From positions 110,363 through 174,362 of the forward strand of contig JAFYYH010000021.1 of assembly GCA_017557635.1 (NCBI GenBank): a stretch of 64,000 nt of DNA, in the 5' to 3' direction. The notes under the pieces were generated by a model. That model ran no database searches and was not told the origin of the DNA. It saw only the letters and a program-made list of their open reading frames with translations. This stretch comes from Bacteroidaceae bacterium. GTDB taxonomy: Bacteria; Bacteroidota; Bacteroidia; Bacteroidales; Bacteroidaceae. The number at the start of each line of letters is the position of its first letter. Within the stretch, counting starts at the first letter, position 1. Of this stretch, positions 10,111-18,805 are shown one piece after another. A program made the position numbers and the translations under genes.

Positions 10111-10968
10111 CTATTTTAAAGTATAACCACCGTCACATACTATTGTCTGACCTACTATGGCATTGCCGGAATCACTCATAAGGAAGAGGGCAAGTTCAGC
10201 AATCTCCTCCGGGAGGATGACACGTTCAATGGGATTCTGGTCAGTATACAGGTTCTCACCCTGCTGGAGAGAGAACTGTTGCATTGATGTCTTTACCACT
10301 CCGGGAGCGATTCCGTTCACTATTATGCGGTCTTTGACAAGGGTCTTTCCCAACCCTTCGGTCAGTCCTCTGACATCCCACTTTACCATCCTGTACGGAT
10401 AGGTTGCTCCCACAAAACCTCCCTGCGATGATATATTGAGAATCTTCCTGTATTCATCGGAAGAAATCTGTTTTTTCCAACGCTCAGCTAATGACTGAGT
10501 CAGAAAAAACATACCCTTGAGATTTGTGGAATATATTTTATCCCACTCCTCTTCATCAACATTGCCCCAGAACCTGGACGGAGCAACACCTGCATTATTC
10601 ACAAGGGCCGATATCTCTCCTCCCAGCAAGGACTCACATACATCCAGTCTCTTCTCAATCTCGGAAGTCCGGGATATATCCCATGTCATGGGGAAGCAGT
10701 GATCCTTTCCGATTTCATTCACCGCTGCCTGGAGTTTTTCGCCGTTACGGCCGGTAATAATCACATCGGCCCCGCATTCAACGAACTTTTTTGCAATGGC
10801 AAGACCTATGCCGGAACTGCCTCCGGTAACAAGAATCCTCTTTCCGGCCAGTATATCCCCATATGCCGGATATGATATCCGGGCAGTGGAATTGCCTCCA
10901 TACCTGTATCCCTGGACAGCGCACTTGAGAGCCTGTCGGATCCTTTTAAAGAAACGTGCCTTACTCAT
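10111..10968 (-). CDS. short-chain dehydrogenase/reductase (SDR)
   Basis: VTGGSSGIGLAIA Rossmann motif, NNAG, and YxxxK (YRMVK). ATGA overlap with the upstream flippase gene. Confidence 0.9.
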   Translation of the reverse strand: MSKARFFKRIRQALKCAVQGYRYGGNSTARISYPAYGDILAGKRILVTGGSSGIGLAIAKKFVECGADVIITGRNGEKLQAAVNEIGKDHCFPMTWDISRTSEIEKRLDVCESLLGGEISALVNNAGVAPSRFWGNVDEEEWDKIYSTNLKGMFFLTQSLAERWKKQISSDEYRKILNISSQGGFVGATYPYRMVKWDVRGLTEGLGKTLVKDRIIVNGIAPGVVKTSMQQFSLQQGENLYTDQNPIERVILPEEIAELALFLMSDSGNAIVGQTIVCDGGYTLK

Positions 10969-12485
10969 TGTCTTACTGACTTAATTGACGGGAATAGCCC
11001 GAACACTTTCAAAAGTACAAAGAAACATAACAGCCATATAGCCGAATTAACCCCGAAAAGCAGAACATTTGACCAGCGCGGAACCAGATTCAATGAATCA
11101 AACATGGAAACATCCAGATGCACCAAATAGGGTATTACGCAGGCAATAACGGCCAGCAACAGAGGTTTGATAAACGACTTGGCAAGAATCCAACGGTCCA
11201 GATTCAGATAACGCTTATAGATGTATATGTAGTAAACCAGGACCAGGATCGTCATGTAAACACTATAACCTATGACAGCCGATCCCACCGGTACTATCTT
11301 GCACAAAGCGGCATTGATTATCATGGAAATCAGGCAGGCTATTCCCGTGGCGCATACAAGAGCCTTGGTCTTGCCGTTTGCGACTATCAGGCTGAATGCC
11401 GGTGTGGAATGAAGCTGCAATATCAGGAAAACGCACCAGAGAGCCATCCACTTGCCAAGATGCGAGAGAGACTCTCCCACATAAGCCGTGATGATTGTTG
11501 AATGTGACAAAATGAACGGGAAACAAAGTACGCAGACGATGATTGTTGTGATTGAAGTCCATTTCTTAAGGAAGGCCATTATCTCGTCGTGGTCATTCCT
11601 GACAATCATTTCGGACGTTTTAGGCAGGAATATACTGGTAAATGATCCGCAAAGCGTGATGATGAAGGCGGGTATAACCTCTACCACCTTGAAATCTGCT
11701 ACGGCATCGGCACCGTTGTCGCAGAAGATGCTCAATAGTATCGGGCGTGATTGTGAAGCAGTAACCTGGAAAAGGGACAATGCAAAAAGAGAAAGACTGA
11801 AAACAAGTACAGTCTTGAATTCTGACCAGTACATGGCCGGCTTGATGGAATCAATCAAATTGTCTTTCCTGCATTTCCAGGCATAAGGAACGATTGCCAG
11901 GGCAATTATCAGTGTAAGCCAGAAGAAATACTGAAACAACATCATACCGCCCTTGATCGTTATGAAGATGAGGACCATTTTAAGAATGGTCTGAAGAGTC
12001 TGGACTTTCATCGTGAAATCAAGCTGCTTATCTGCTATGAGCAACTGGTTGAATGATGTAGCGCCCCAACTGATTACCGTGAAGAGAGCCAGGATAAAGA
12101 AACAGATGCGCAACTGCAGGAACTCCTCATGTGAAATGGAGAAAAGGAATTCTCCCCAGAAAGCCAATGCAAGCAGAAAGAGCGCATTTACCAGGGCTAC
12201 AAACATGTAAAAAGTAATGTTGGTTCTTGCCACACGGTAGATTTTTGCTCTGTCACCATTTGCAGCCCATTGGGAGAAGAACTTTACAGCACCGGTGTTC
12301 ATTCCCAGGTCCAACAGGTGCATGTAAGCATTCCAGGATGTGGCTATGGCAATGATTCCATACTCTGCCTTACCGAAATAGCCCAGCAGCAACGGAACGG
12401 TAATGAATCCCAGAACTGCATTCAAGAATTTCGATACAGTACTCCAGAAGAAACTACTCAAATAATAGTTGTTTCCTGAACTCAT
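10965..12485 (-). CDS. oligosaccharide/polysaccharide flippase (MOP/Wzx-like)
   Basis: ~506 aa, highly hydrophobic with more than 12 predicted helices. The N-terminus (FWSTVSKFLNAVLGFITVPLLLGYFGKAEYG) is typical of polysaccharide biosynthesis/flippase proteins. ATG 12485 is preferred over the TTG at 12488. Confidence 0.75.
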   Translation of the reverse strand: MSSGNNYYLSSFFWSTVSKFLNAVLGFITVPLLLGYFGKAEYGIIAIATSWNAYMHLLDLGMNTGAVKFFSQWAANGDRAKIYRVARTNITFYMFVALVNALFLLALAFWGEFLFSISHEEFLQLRICFFILALFTVISWGATSFNQLLIADKQLDFTMKVQTLQTILKMVLIFITIKGGMMLFQYFFWLTLIIALAIVPYAWKCRKDNLIDSIKPAMYWSEFKTVLVFSLSLFALSLFQVTASQSRPILLSIFCDNGADAVADFKVVEVIPAFIITLCGSFTSIFLPKTSEMIVRNDHDEIMAFLKKWTSITTIIVCVLCFPFILSHSTIITAYVGESLSHLGKWMALWCVFLILQLHSTPAFSLIVANGKTKALVCATGIACLISMIINAALCKIVPVGSAVIGYSVYMTILVLVYYIYIYKRYLNLDRWILAKSFIKPLLLAVIACVIPYLVHLDVSMFDSLNLVPRWSNVLLFGVNSAIWLLCFFVLLKVFGLFPSIKSVRQ

Positions 12486-12510
12486 CAACTTTTGCTATTA
12501 TCTCTTTATG

Positions 12511-12518
12511 CAAAGATA
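12511..12518 (-). promoter_or_regulatory. Bacteroidota -7 promoter box (TATCTTTG) for the flippase operon
   Basis: The reverse complement of caaagata matches TAnnTTTG, 25 nt upstream of ATG 12485. Confidence 0.45.
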
Positions 12519-12562
12519 GCAAAATCTTACTTCAACACTCACTATTAATGGCTTATTAATCG

Positions 12563-12570
12563 TACCTTTG
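12563..12570 (+). promoter_or_regulatory. Bacteroidota -7 promoter box (TACCTTTG) for the GT2/TagF operon
   Basis: TAnnTTTG match 35 nt upstream of ATG 12606, divergent from the box at 12511-12518. Confidence 0.45.
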
Positions 12571-12605
12571 AATGCTTTACTATAAAGAGACATCCGTAAC
12601 ATCCG

Positions 12606-13571
12606 ATGAACACTGTTCCTGTATCCGTAATTGTAGCCGTCTACAACGCCCAAAAGACCATCTGCCGACTGACCGATAGCCTGAAGGCGCAGACCATGCC
12701 GGATTTTGAGGTGCTGCTCATTGATGACGGAAGCACTGACGCATCAGGTTCCATCTGCGACAGCATTGCGGAGTCCGATGCCCGGTTCAAGGTGTTCCAT
12801 AAGCCCAATCAGGGCATAGGTGCTACAAGACAGTTCGGCATTGAGCATGCAACGGGAGAGTATACTATCCACGCCGATTCAGATGATTGGGTGGAACCGG
12901 ACTTTTTGGACTCTCTTTATAATGAGGCTGTCTCAACTGGAGCAGATATGGTAATCTGTGATTTTGTGGTTGAAGATGGGAAAAAGTCTGTACGCCATAA
13001 CCAGAAGCCTTTAGCTTTTGACAAAGATAGTTTGACAGATGAGTTGCTCTGTCGTCTACAGAAAGGTCCCTGCAACAAACTGATAAGACGTTCAGCTTAT
13101 ATTGACCGTAACATACGATACACTGACGGTCTTGATATAGGTGAGGATTTCCTTTTCAACCTGCAGTTGATTATGGGCGGCATTTCTGTTGGGTATACAC
13201 CCAATGCCATCTACCATTATGACACCGTCACCAATCCTTATTCAGCATCCCGTGGCGCTTCACTCAAGAAACTGGAACAGGGTGAAAAACTCATATCTTT
13301 ACTTGAAAAACTCCTGCCCCGGAAATATCAGTATGGCATAGATGACAAGCATCTTGATATTGTTTACATTGCCATAAAAACCAAGGCACTGACAAAGCTT
13401 GAGTTTAAAGAGAGGTATTCAATCCTGAAACGTGTGAAATGGAGGAACTATTATAACAAGCCTTTCTCCTACAAACTCATAATCTGGACTTCTCTGCATA
13501 TTTCATATAGACTGGCTGTTTTTCTGTTTGATGTCAAGTCTGCCATTAGAAAACTTAGACAATCGCTTTAA
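12606..13571 (+). CDS. family 2 glycosyltransferase
   Basis: VSVIVAVYNAQKTI, LIDDGSTD and ADSDDW (DxD) motifs. Confidence 0.9.
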   Translation: MNTVPVSVIVAVYNAQKTICRLTDSLKAQTMPDFEVLLIDDGSTDASGSICDSIAESDARFKVFHKPNQGIGATRQFGIEHATGEYTIHADSDDWVEPDFLDSLYNEAVSTGADMVICDFVVEDGKKSVRHNQKPLAFDKDSLTDELLCRLQKGPCNKLIRRSAYIDRNIRYTDGLDIGEDFLFNLQLIMGGISVGYTPNAIYHYDTVTNPYSASRGASLKKLEQGEKLISLLEKLLPRKYQYGIDDKHLDIVYIAIKTKALTKLEFKERYSILKRVKWRNYYNKPFSYKLIIWTSLHISYRLAVFLFDVKSAIRKLRQSL

Positions 13572-13588
13572 CTCAAAAACAAGAAAGA

Positions 13589-14782
13589 ATGAAACTTCTG
13601 GCATACATAATCTGCTATATCATATATCCGTTCTCGTTTCTGTTCCCACGCAGCAAACGCAAATATGCATTCGGAAGCTACAGGGGTACTTTTGCGGATA
13701 ATGCAAAATACCTGTTCCTTTATGCGGTTGAACACGGAGATCCTGACTACAAGTATATCTGGCTTTCGACAAACAGAACTACAATAAAGAAAGTACGCAG
13801 TTACGGATTGCGGGCATATTGGGTGTTAGAGCCACGCGGTGTGTGGCATGCCCTTACATCAAAATACTGGATATTCAATTCTTATACATCGGACATCATG
13901 TTCTGCCTTTCGGGAGGAGCCACATGTATCAACCTTTGGCATGGTGTAGGACTTAAGAGAATTGAATTCAATACCGTAGCCGGACCTCTTGCAAACCGTT
14001 TCAGCAAGAAGGATAAATATGATGTGTTCTGTCACCCGGAGTCTTTCCGCCGTCCTGACTGGCTGCTTTCATCTACCCATTTCCAGACATACTCTCTTGC
14101 ACGGGCATTCCGTATACCTGAGTCCAAATGCATTGAGATGGGTTATCCACGTAACAGCATCCTTACCGCGCCAGACCAGGAACGTTCACGGTTCATTGGC
14201 AGATACGAACCCGAACAGACGGCATCACTGATAGAGAAGACTAAGGATTATGACAAGGTCCTGATATATATGCCTACATGGCGTGATTCCCAAAGGAACA
14301 TTTTTACCCAAGGCATGGATCTTGACAAACTAAACGGGATATTGGCCTCAAAGAATCAATTGCTTATTCTGAAACCACACTCCAACGTGATTCTGGATGA
14401 TAACATACACTCTTTCTCAAATATTCTGCTGGCATCACCCCGAATGGACATCTACCCTGTCCTTCCTTATGCCCATGTTCTCATAACTGACTATTCATCG
14501 ATATTGTATGACTGGTTGTTGATGGAAAACAAAGATGTCATCCTGTATCTATACGACTATAAGGATTACATCAACGAAAGAGATTTTTATTATCCGTTTG
14601 ATGAGAACGTGACAGGATGCCGGGTTGAAACATTTGAGGAGTTGTGCTCAGTCATTGAAACGGGTAAATACACTATTGATTCCGCTGAACGTACGAGGAT
14701 GATTGAAAAGTTTTGGGGAAAAACTGCAGGATTTGATTCATCAAAAATGATTCTGGGCTTCATAAAAGACCTACGCAAATGA
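13589..14782 (+). CDS. CDP-glycerol/CDP-ribitol polyol-phosphate transferase (TagF/TarL family)
   Basis: 397 aa with LIYMPTWRD and LITDYSSILYDW motifs characteristic of TagF-like glycerophosphotransferases. Confidence 0.8.
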   Translation: MKLLAYIICYIIYPFSFLFPRSKRKYAFGSYRGTFADNAKYLFLYAVEHGDPDYKYIWLSTNRTTIKKVRSYGLRAYWVLEPRGVWHALTSKYWIFNSYTSDIMFCLSGGATCINLWHGVGLKRIEFNTVAGPLANRFSKKDKYDVFCHPESFRRPDWLLSSTHFQTYSLARAFRIPESKCIEMGYPRNSILTAPDQERSRFIGRYEPEQTASLIEKTKDYDKVLIYMPTWRDSQRNIFTQGMDLDKLNGILASKNQLLILKPHSNVILDDNIHSFSNILLASPRMDIYPVLPYAHVLITDYSSILYDWLLMENKDVILYLYDYKDYINERDFYYPFDENVTGCRVETFEELCSVIETGKYTIDSAERTRMIEKFWGKTAGFDSSKMILGFIKDLRK

Positions 14783-15684
14783 TATCAGTAATAATCTGCA
14801 CATATAACCGCGATAAGTACATCTACAATGTACTCAAGAGTCTGGCTTTGGGAACACTGGAGCACAGCGCCTATGAGATCATACTTGTAGACAACAACTG
14901 TACTGACAATACCCGCAAGGAGGTTGATCATTTCTGCAATGTCTTTCCTCAGGTGAATCTGCGCTATTTCGTGGAAACGAACCAGGGTCTGTCACATGCC
15001 CGTAACCGCGGCATCAAAGAGTCAAAAGGAGATATTCTGGTCTATGTTGACGATGACGCCACCGTCAATCCGGAGTACCTGAAAACATATGCTGACTGGT
15101 TTGAATCACATCCCGAGACCGATGCCGCCGGAGGTCCCATCATACCCCATTACGAGACAGGCAGCGAGCCCAAGTGGATGACCTATTTCATTAAGCGTCT
15201 GCTCACCGGTTATCTCTATTTCGGTGACAAGGCAAAACCGTTCCCGGGTGACAACTATCCCGGCGGAGGCAATGCCGCTTACCGTAGCCGCGTATTCGAG
15301 AAAGTGGGCCTTTACAACGTTGAATTGGGCCGAAACGGAGACAGTCTGGGCGGAGGCGAAGAGAAGGATATATTTGACAAGATGAAACGTGAGGGCATGC
15401 AGTTTGTTTACCTGCCCGGCGCAATACTTTACCACAGCATTCCGGGTTACAAACTGGAGGCCGATTACTTTAACCGCCTGACCACGGGCATCGGCCAAAG
15501 CGAAAGGGCACGTACACTCAGGATAGGCAAGTCTTCATACCGCAAGCGCCTGCTTTCCGAACTCAAGAAGTGGTGCGCAACCATTGTACTGTGGTGCTTC
15601 TATCTCGTCACATTCAGGCCGCAGCGTGGAAATATGCTGATACGTTTCCGCCGTAACGTAACAAAAGCTTTGCTGGGAAAATGA
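14779..15684 (+). CDS. family 2 glycosyltransferase
   Basis: ISVIICTYNRDKYI, VDNNCTDNT and VDDDA motifs. ATGA overlaps at both ends. Confidence 0.9.
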   Translation: MISVIICTYNRDKYIYNVLKSLALGTLEHSAYEIILVDNNCTDNTRKEVDHFCNVFPQVNLRYFVETNQGLSHARNRGIKESKGDILVYVDDDATVNPEYLKTYADWFESHPETDAAGGPIIPHYETGSEPKWMTYFIKRLLTGYLYFGDKAKPFPGDNYPGGGNAAYRSRVFEKVGLYNVELGRNGDSLGGGEEKDIFDKMKREGMQFVYLPGAILYHSIPGYKLEADYFNRLTTGIGQSERARTLRIGKSSYRKRLLSELKKWCATIVLWCFYLVTFRPQRGNMLIRFRRNVTKALLGK

Positions 15685-16634
15685 AAAGACAAGGCAAATT
15701 CTTTTTCCATGTGCTGGCTTTCCTGACCATGGCTCTGTGGGGTGTGACCTTTGTCTCCACAAAGACCCTTATCAATCATGGTCTTACTCCGGCTCAGATC
15801 TTTACCATAAGGTTCATAATTGCATACTTGGGACTTCTGGCAGTCTGCCTGTTCCGCGGGGGTCGTGACAAGAGGGCTTTTTCACATTCTCTGCGTCATG
15901 AACTGGTATTTGTCATTACCGGAATTACCGGTGGATCCCTCTATTTCTGGACCGAGAACTCAGCACTCAGTTATACCCAGGCATGTAACGTATCATTCAT
16001 AGTATGCATTGCACCGCTCCTGACGGTTCTGCTTACCTTGGCTCTCAAGAAAATGTTCAAAGGTCCGTTCATGGACGGACTTGAGGATGTCAAGGTCCGA
16101 TTCCCGCTTGTGGCAGGTACAATCCTTGCTTTGTCAGGAATGGTAATGGTGATCTTTGACGGTAACGGTGTGAGTCTGTCGCCCAAGGGTGATATACTGG
16201 CTTTCCTGGCCGCTCTCTGCTGGGCAGTCTACAGCCAGTTCATGGGACAGATGACAGACCGTTACGGTTCTCTTTTTGCCACCCGCAAGGTTTTCTTCTG
16301 GGGCCTGGTAACAATAGTGCCTTTCCTGCTTCTTACTGACAACTCCAATCTGGCTCAGGTCAGATTCGATCACATACAGGTTTGGGGTAACCTGCTGTTC
16401 CTGTCAACCATAGCATCACTGGTATGCTTCGTGGTATGGAACAGGGTAATGCTTGCCATCGGCAATGTTACCGCCACCAACTATGTATATCTGAATCCCG
16501 TTTTCACACTTATAGCCGCGGTCATCATTCTGGATGAAAGGATGACTCTGGTATCCGGACTGGGATCGGCCATGATTCTGGGCGGTGTGATACTGGCGGG
16601 AGCAAAGAAAAGGACTGAACAAACAAAAAAATAA
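15681..16634 (+). CDS. EamA/DMT-family transporter
   Basis: 317 aa, ~10 hydrophobic helices in two repeats. Translationally coupled to the preceding GT2. Confidence 0.8.
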   Translation: MKRQGKFFFHVLAFLTMALWGVTFVSTKTLINHGLTPAQIFTIRFIIAYLGLLAVCLFRGGRDKRAFSHSLRHELVFVITGITGGSLYFWTENSALSYTQACNVSFIVCIAPLLTVLLTLALKKMFKGPFMDGLEDVKVRFPLVAGTILALSGMVMVIFDGNGVSLSPKGDILAFLAALCWAVYSQFMGQMTDRYGSLFATRKVFFWGLVTIVPFLLLTDNSNLAQVRFDHIQVWGNLLFLSTIASLVCFVVWNRVMLAIGNVTATNYVYLNPVFTLIAAVIILDERMTLVSGLGSAMILGGVILAGAKKRTEQTKK

Positions 16635-16637
16635 ACG

Positions 16638-18632
16638 ATGAAAACAATCTTTAAAGTTATGATGATGACTGGTGTACTGGCCATAACAGCCGGTTGCGGA
16701 CAGAAAAAGAGTGATTTCAAGTATCTGCTTGATGAGTTTGCAGACCTCAAGGTCATGCGTTATCAGATTCCCGGCTGGGATGAGCTGACACTGCAGCAGA
16801 AAGAGTACGCCTACCATCTGGCCGAGGCTGCCAAGTGGGGCCGTGACATACACTGGGACCAGAACTGCAAGTGGAACATTCCCATCCGTCACGTCGTAGA
16901 AAACATTATTGAGAACTATAAGGGTGACCGTGAGTCAAAGGAATTCGATCAGTTCATGGTTTATGCCAAGCGTCTTTTCTTTGCAAACGGCATACATCAT
17001 CACTACGCCGAGGACAAGTTCTTCCCCGAGTGCTCACAGGCTTACTTCAAGTCTCTGATGGAGGCTGTAGGCGAGGGTGACAAGTGCGCAGAACTGTTGG
17101 ATATAATCTACAATCCCGACATACTTCAGCAGCGCCGTTCAACCTCAACCGATGGTGACATCGTCGTTCTGTCAGCAGGCAACTTCTATGAGGGTGTTAC
17201 CCGTGCAGAGGTTGAGAAATACTACGAATCCATCGAGGATAAGACCGATGAGACTCCCATTGCATACGGCCTGAACACCAAGGTTACAAAGGATGACAAA
17301 GGCAACATCGTTGAGATTCCCTGGAAGATTGACGGTATGTACGGACCTGCCATCAAGAAGATCTGTGAGGAACTCAAGCTGGCTGCCGCCTGCGCCGAGA
17401 ACGATATCCAGAAGCGTGCCCTTGGCCTGCTGGTAAAATACTACGAGACAGGTGACCTGAAGGTTTGGGATGAGTTCAACATCGAATGGGTAAAGGATAC
17501 CATCGGAACTGTTGATTTCATCAACGGATTCATTGAGGATTACAACGACCCCCTGGGCCGCAAGGGTGCATGGGAAGGTTATGTAAACATCAAGGACCAC
17601 AAGGCATCAGAGCGTTCAGTTATACTGAGTGCCAACGCACAGTGGTTCGAGGACAATTCACCGGTTGATCCGCGCTTCAAGAAAAAGGAGTGCAAGGGCA
17701 TATCGGCCAAGGTCATCAACGCCGTCTGCCTGGCAGGTGACTCATATCCCTCAACTCCCATAGGCATCAACCTGCCTAACGCCGACTGGATCCGTAAGAT
17801 GTACGGAAGCAAGTCAGTAACCATTGCCAACATCACACACGCATATGACTACGCCGCTCAGGAGTCACCCACCAGCACGCTCGACGAGTTTGCATGGGAT
17901 GAGGCCGAAAAGGCATTCTACCGCGAGTGGGGTTCATGGGCCGATGAGATTCACACCGACCTCCATGAGTGCCTTGGTCACGGTTCAGGTCAGCTGCTGC
18001 CGGGTGTTGCCACAACCGCTATGGGCGAGTATGCATCGGCCCTGGAGGAGGCTCGCGCCGACCTCTTTGGACTCTACTTCACTGCAGATCCCAAGATGGT
18101 TGAACTGGGTATCATGCCCAACAAGGATGCCTACAAGGCAGAGTACGCCAACTACATCCGCAACGGTCTGATGGTTCAGTTCACACGTGTTGAGCTGGGA
18201 CGTCCCAACACCGAGGCACACATGCAGAACCGCAAGCTCATTGCCGAGTGGTGCTATGAGAAGGGTGCCAAGGATAATGTCATTGAAAAGAAGGTACGTG
18301 ATGGCAAGACCTACTTTGTAGTCAACGACTACGAGAAACTGCGTACCCTCTTTGCCGAACTGCTGGCCGAGATCCAGCGCATAAAGTCAGAAGGTGACTA
18401 TGAAGCCGGCAAGAACCTGATTGAGACATATGCCGTAAATATCGACCCCGTCCTGCATAAGGAGGTCAAGGAACGTTATGAGGCCCTGAACCTGAAGCCT
18501 TACGGCGGATTCATCAACCCCGACATCGTTCCGGTTGAGAAAGACGGCAAGATTGTTGACTACAAGGTGGTTTACAATGACAACTACCTGCAGCAACAAC
18601 TTGATTACGGTAAAAAATACAGCGCACTTTAA
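16638..18632 (+). CDS. dipeptidyl-peptidase III-like M49 metallopeptidase, lipoprotein
   Basis: HECLGHGSG (HExxGH) and EEARADL zinc motifs of family M49. N-terminal lipobox LAITAGC. Confidence 0.8.
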   Translation: MKTIFKVMMMTGVLAITAGCGQKKSDFKYLLDEFADLKVMRYQIPGWDELTLQQKEYAYHLAEAAKWGRDIHWDQNCKWNIPIRHVVENIIENYKGDRESKEFDQFMVYAKRLFFANGIHHHYAEDKFFPECSQAYFKSLMEAVGEGDKCAELLDIIYNPDILQQRRSTSTDGDIVVLSAGNFYEGVTRAEVEKYYESIEDKTDETPIAYGLNTKVTKDDKGNIVEIPWKIDGMYGPAIKKICEELKLAAACAENDIQKRALGLLVKYYETGDLKVWDEFNIEWVKDTIGTVDFINGFIEDYNDPLGRKGAWEGYVNIKDHKASERSVILSANAQWFEDNSPVDPRFKKKECKGISAKVINAVCLAGDSYPSTPIGINLPNADWIRKMYGSKSVTIANITHAYDYAAQESPTSTLDEFAWDEAEKAFYREWGSWADEIHTDLHECLGHGSGQLLPGVATTAMGEYASALEEARADLFGLYFTADPKMVELGIMPNKDAYKAEYANYIRNGLMVQFTRVELGRPNTEAHMQNRKLIAEWCYEKGAKDNVIEKKVRDGKTYFVVNDYEKLRTLFAELLAEIQRIKSEGDYEAGKNLIETYAVNIDPVLHKEVKERYEALNLKPYGGFINPDIVPVEKDGKIVDYKVVYNDNYLQQQLDYGKKYSAL

Positions 18633-18642
18633 AAAAAAGTTG

Positions 18643-18650
18643 TACCTTTG
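18643..18650 (+). promoter_or_regulatory. Bacteroidota -7 promoter box (TACCTTTG) for the metK leader
   Basis: TAnnTTTG match 11 nt after the M49 peptidase stop and 156 nt upstream of the metK ATG. Confidence 0.5.
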
Positions 18651-18654
18651 CAGC

Positions 18655-18798
18655 GGACAATGTGGAAAGATTTGAGGACCGTAAGGTTCCTGACAGCTTG
18701 CAACCACACAAAAAAATGCTAAAAGTCACACTTACTGACAGCATATAATTTGAATTGCAGCCCCATTGTCCCAATAGACAGTGGGGCTATATTTTTAT
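18655..18798 (+). ncRNA. structured 5' leader of metK, candidate SAM-responsive riboswitch with terminator expression platform
   Basis: ~145-nt untranslated leader between the promoter box and the metK ATG. GNRA-capped hairpin GGACC-GUAA-GGUUCC (18676-18690). GCAACC (18700-18705) and UGCUAAA (18717-18723) strings are reminiscent of the SAM-I clan core. The leader ends in an intrinsic terminator. The riboswitch class is not established. Confidence 0.45.
18760..18798 (+). terminator. intrinsic terminator/attenuator inside the metK leader
   Basis: 11-bp stem GCCCCAUUGUC/GACAGUGGGGC (one G-U pair), loop CCAAUA, followed by UAUAUUUUUAU. It ends 8 nt before the metK ATG. Confidence 0.7.
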
Positions 18799-18805
18799 AC
18801 TTGAT

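Noticed and set aside
18655-18760. Assigning the metK leader to a specific riboswitch class (SAM-II pseudoknot or canonical SAM-I)
   Set aside because: I could not find the SAM-II U-rich/AAAGCU triplex pairing or a complete four-way SAM-I junction by eye. Only partial string resemblances are present, so the class is left open.
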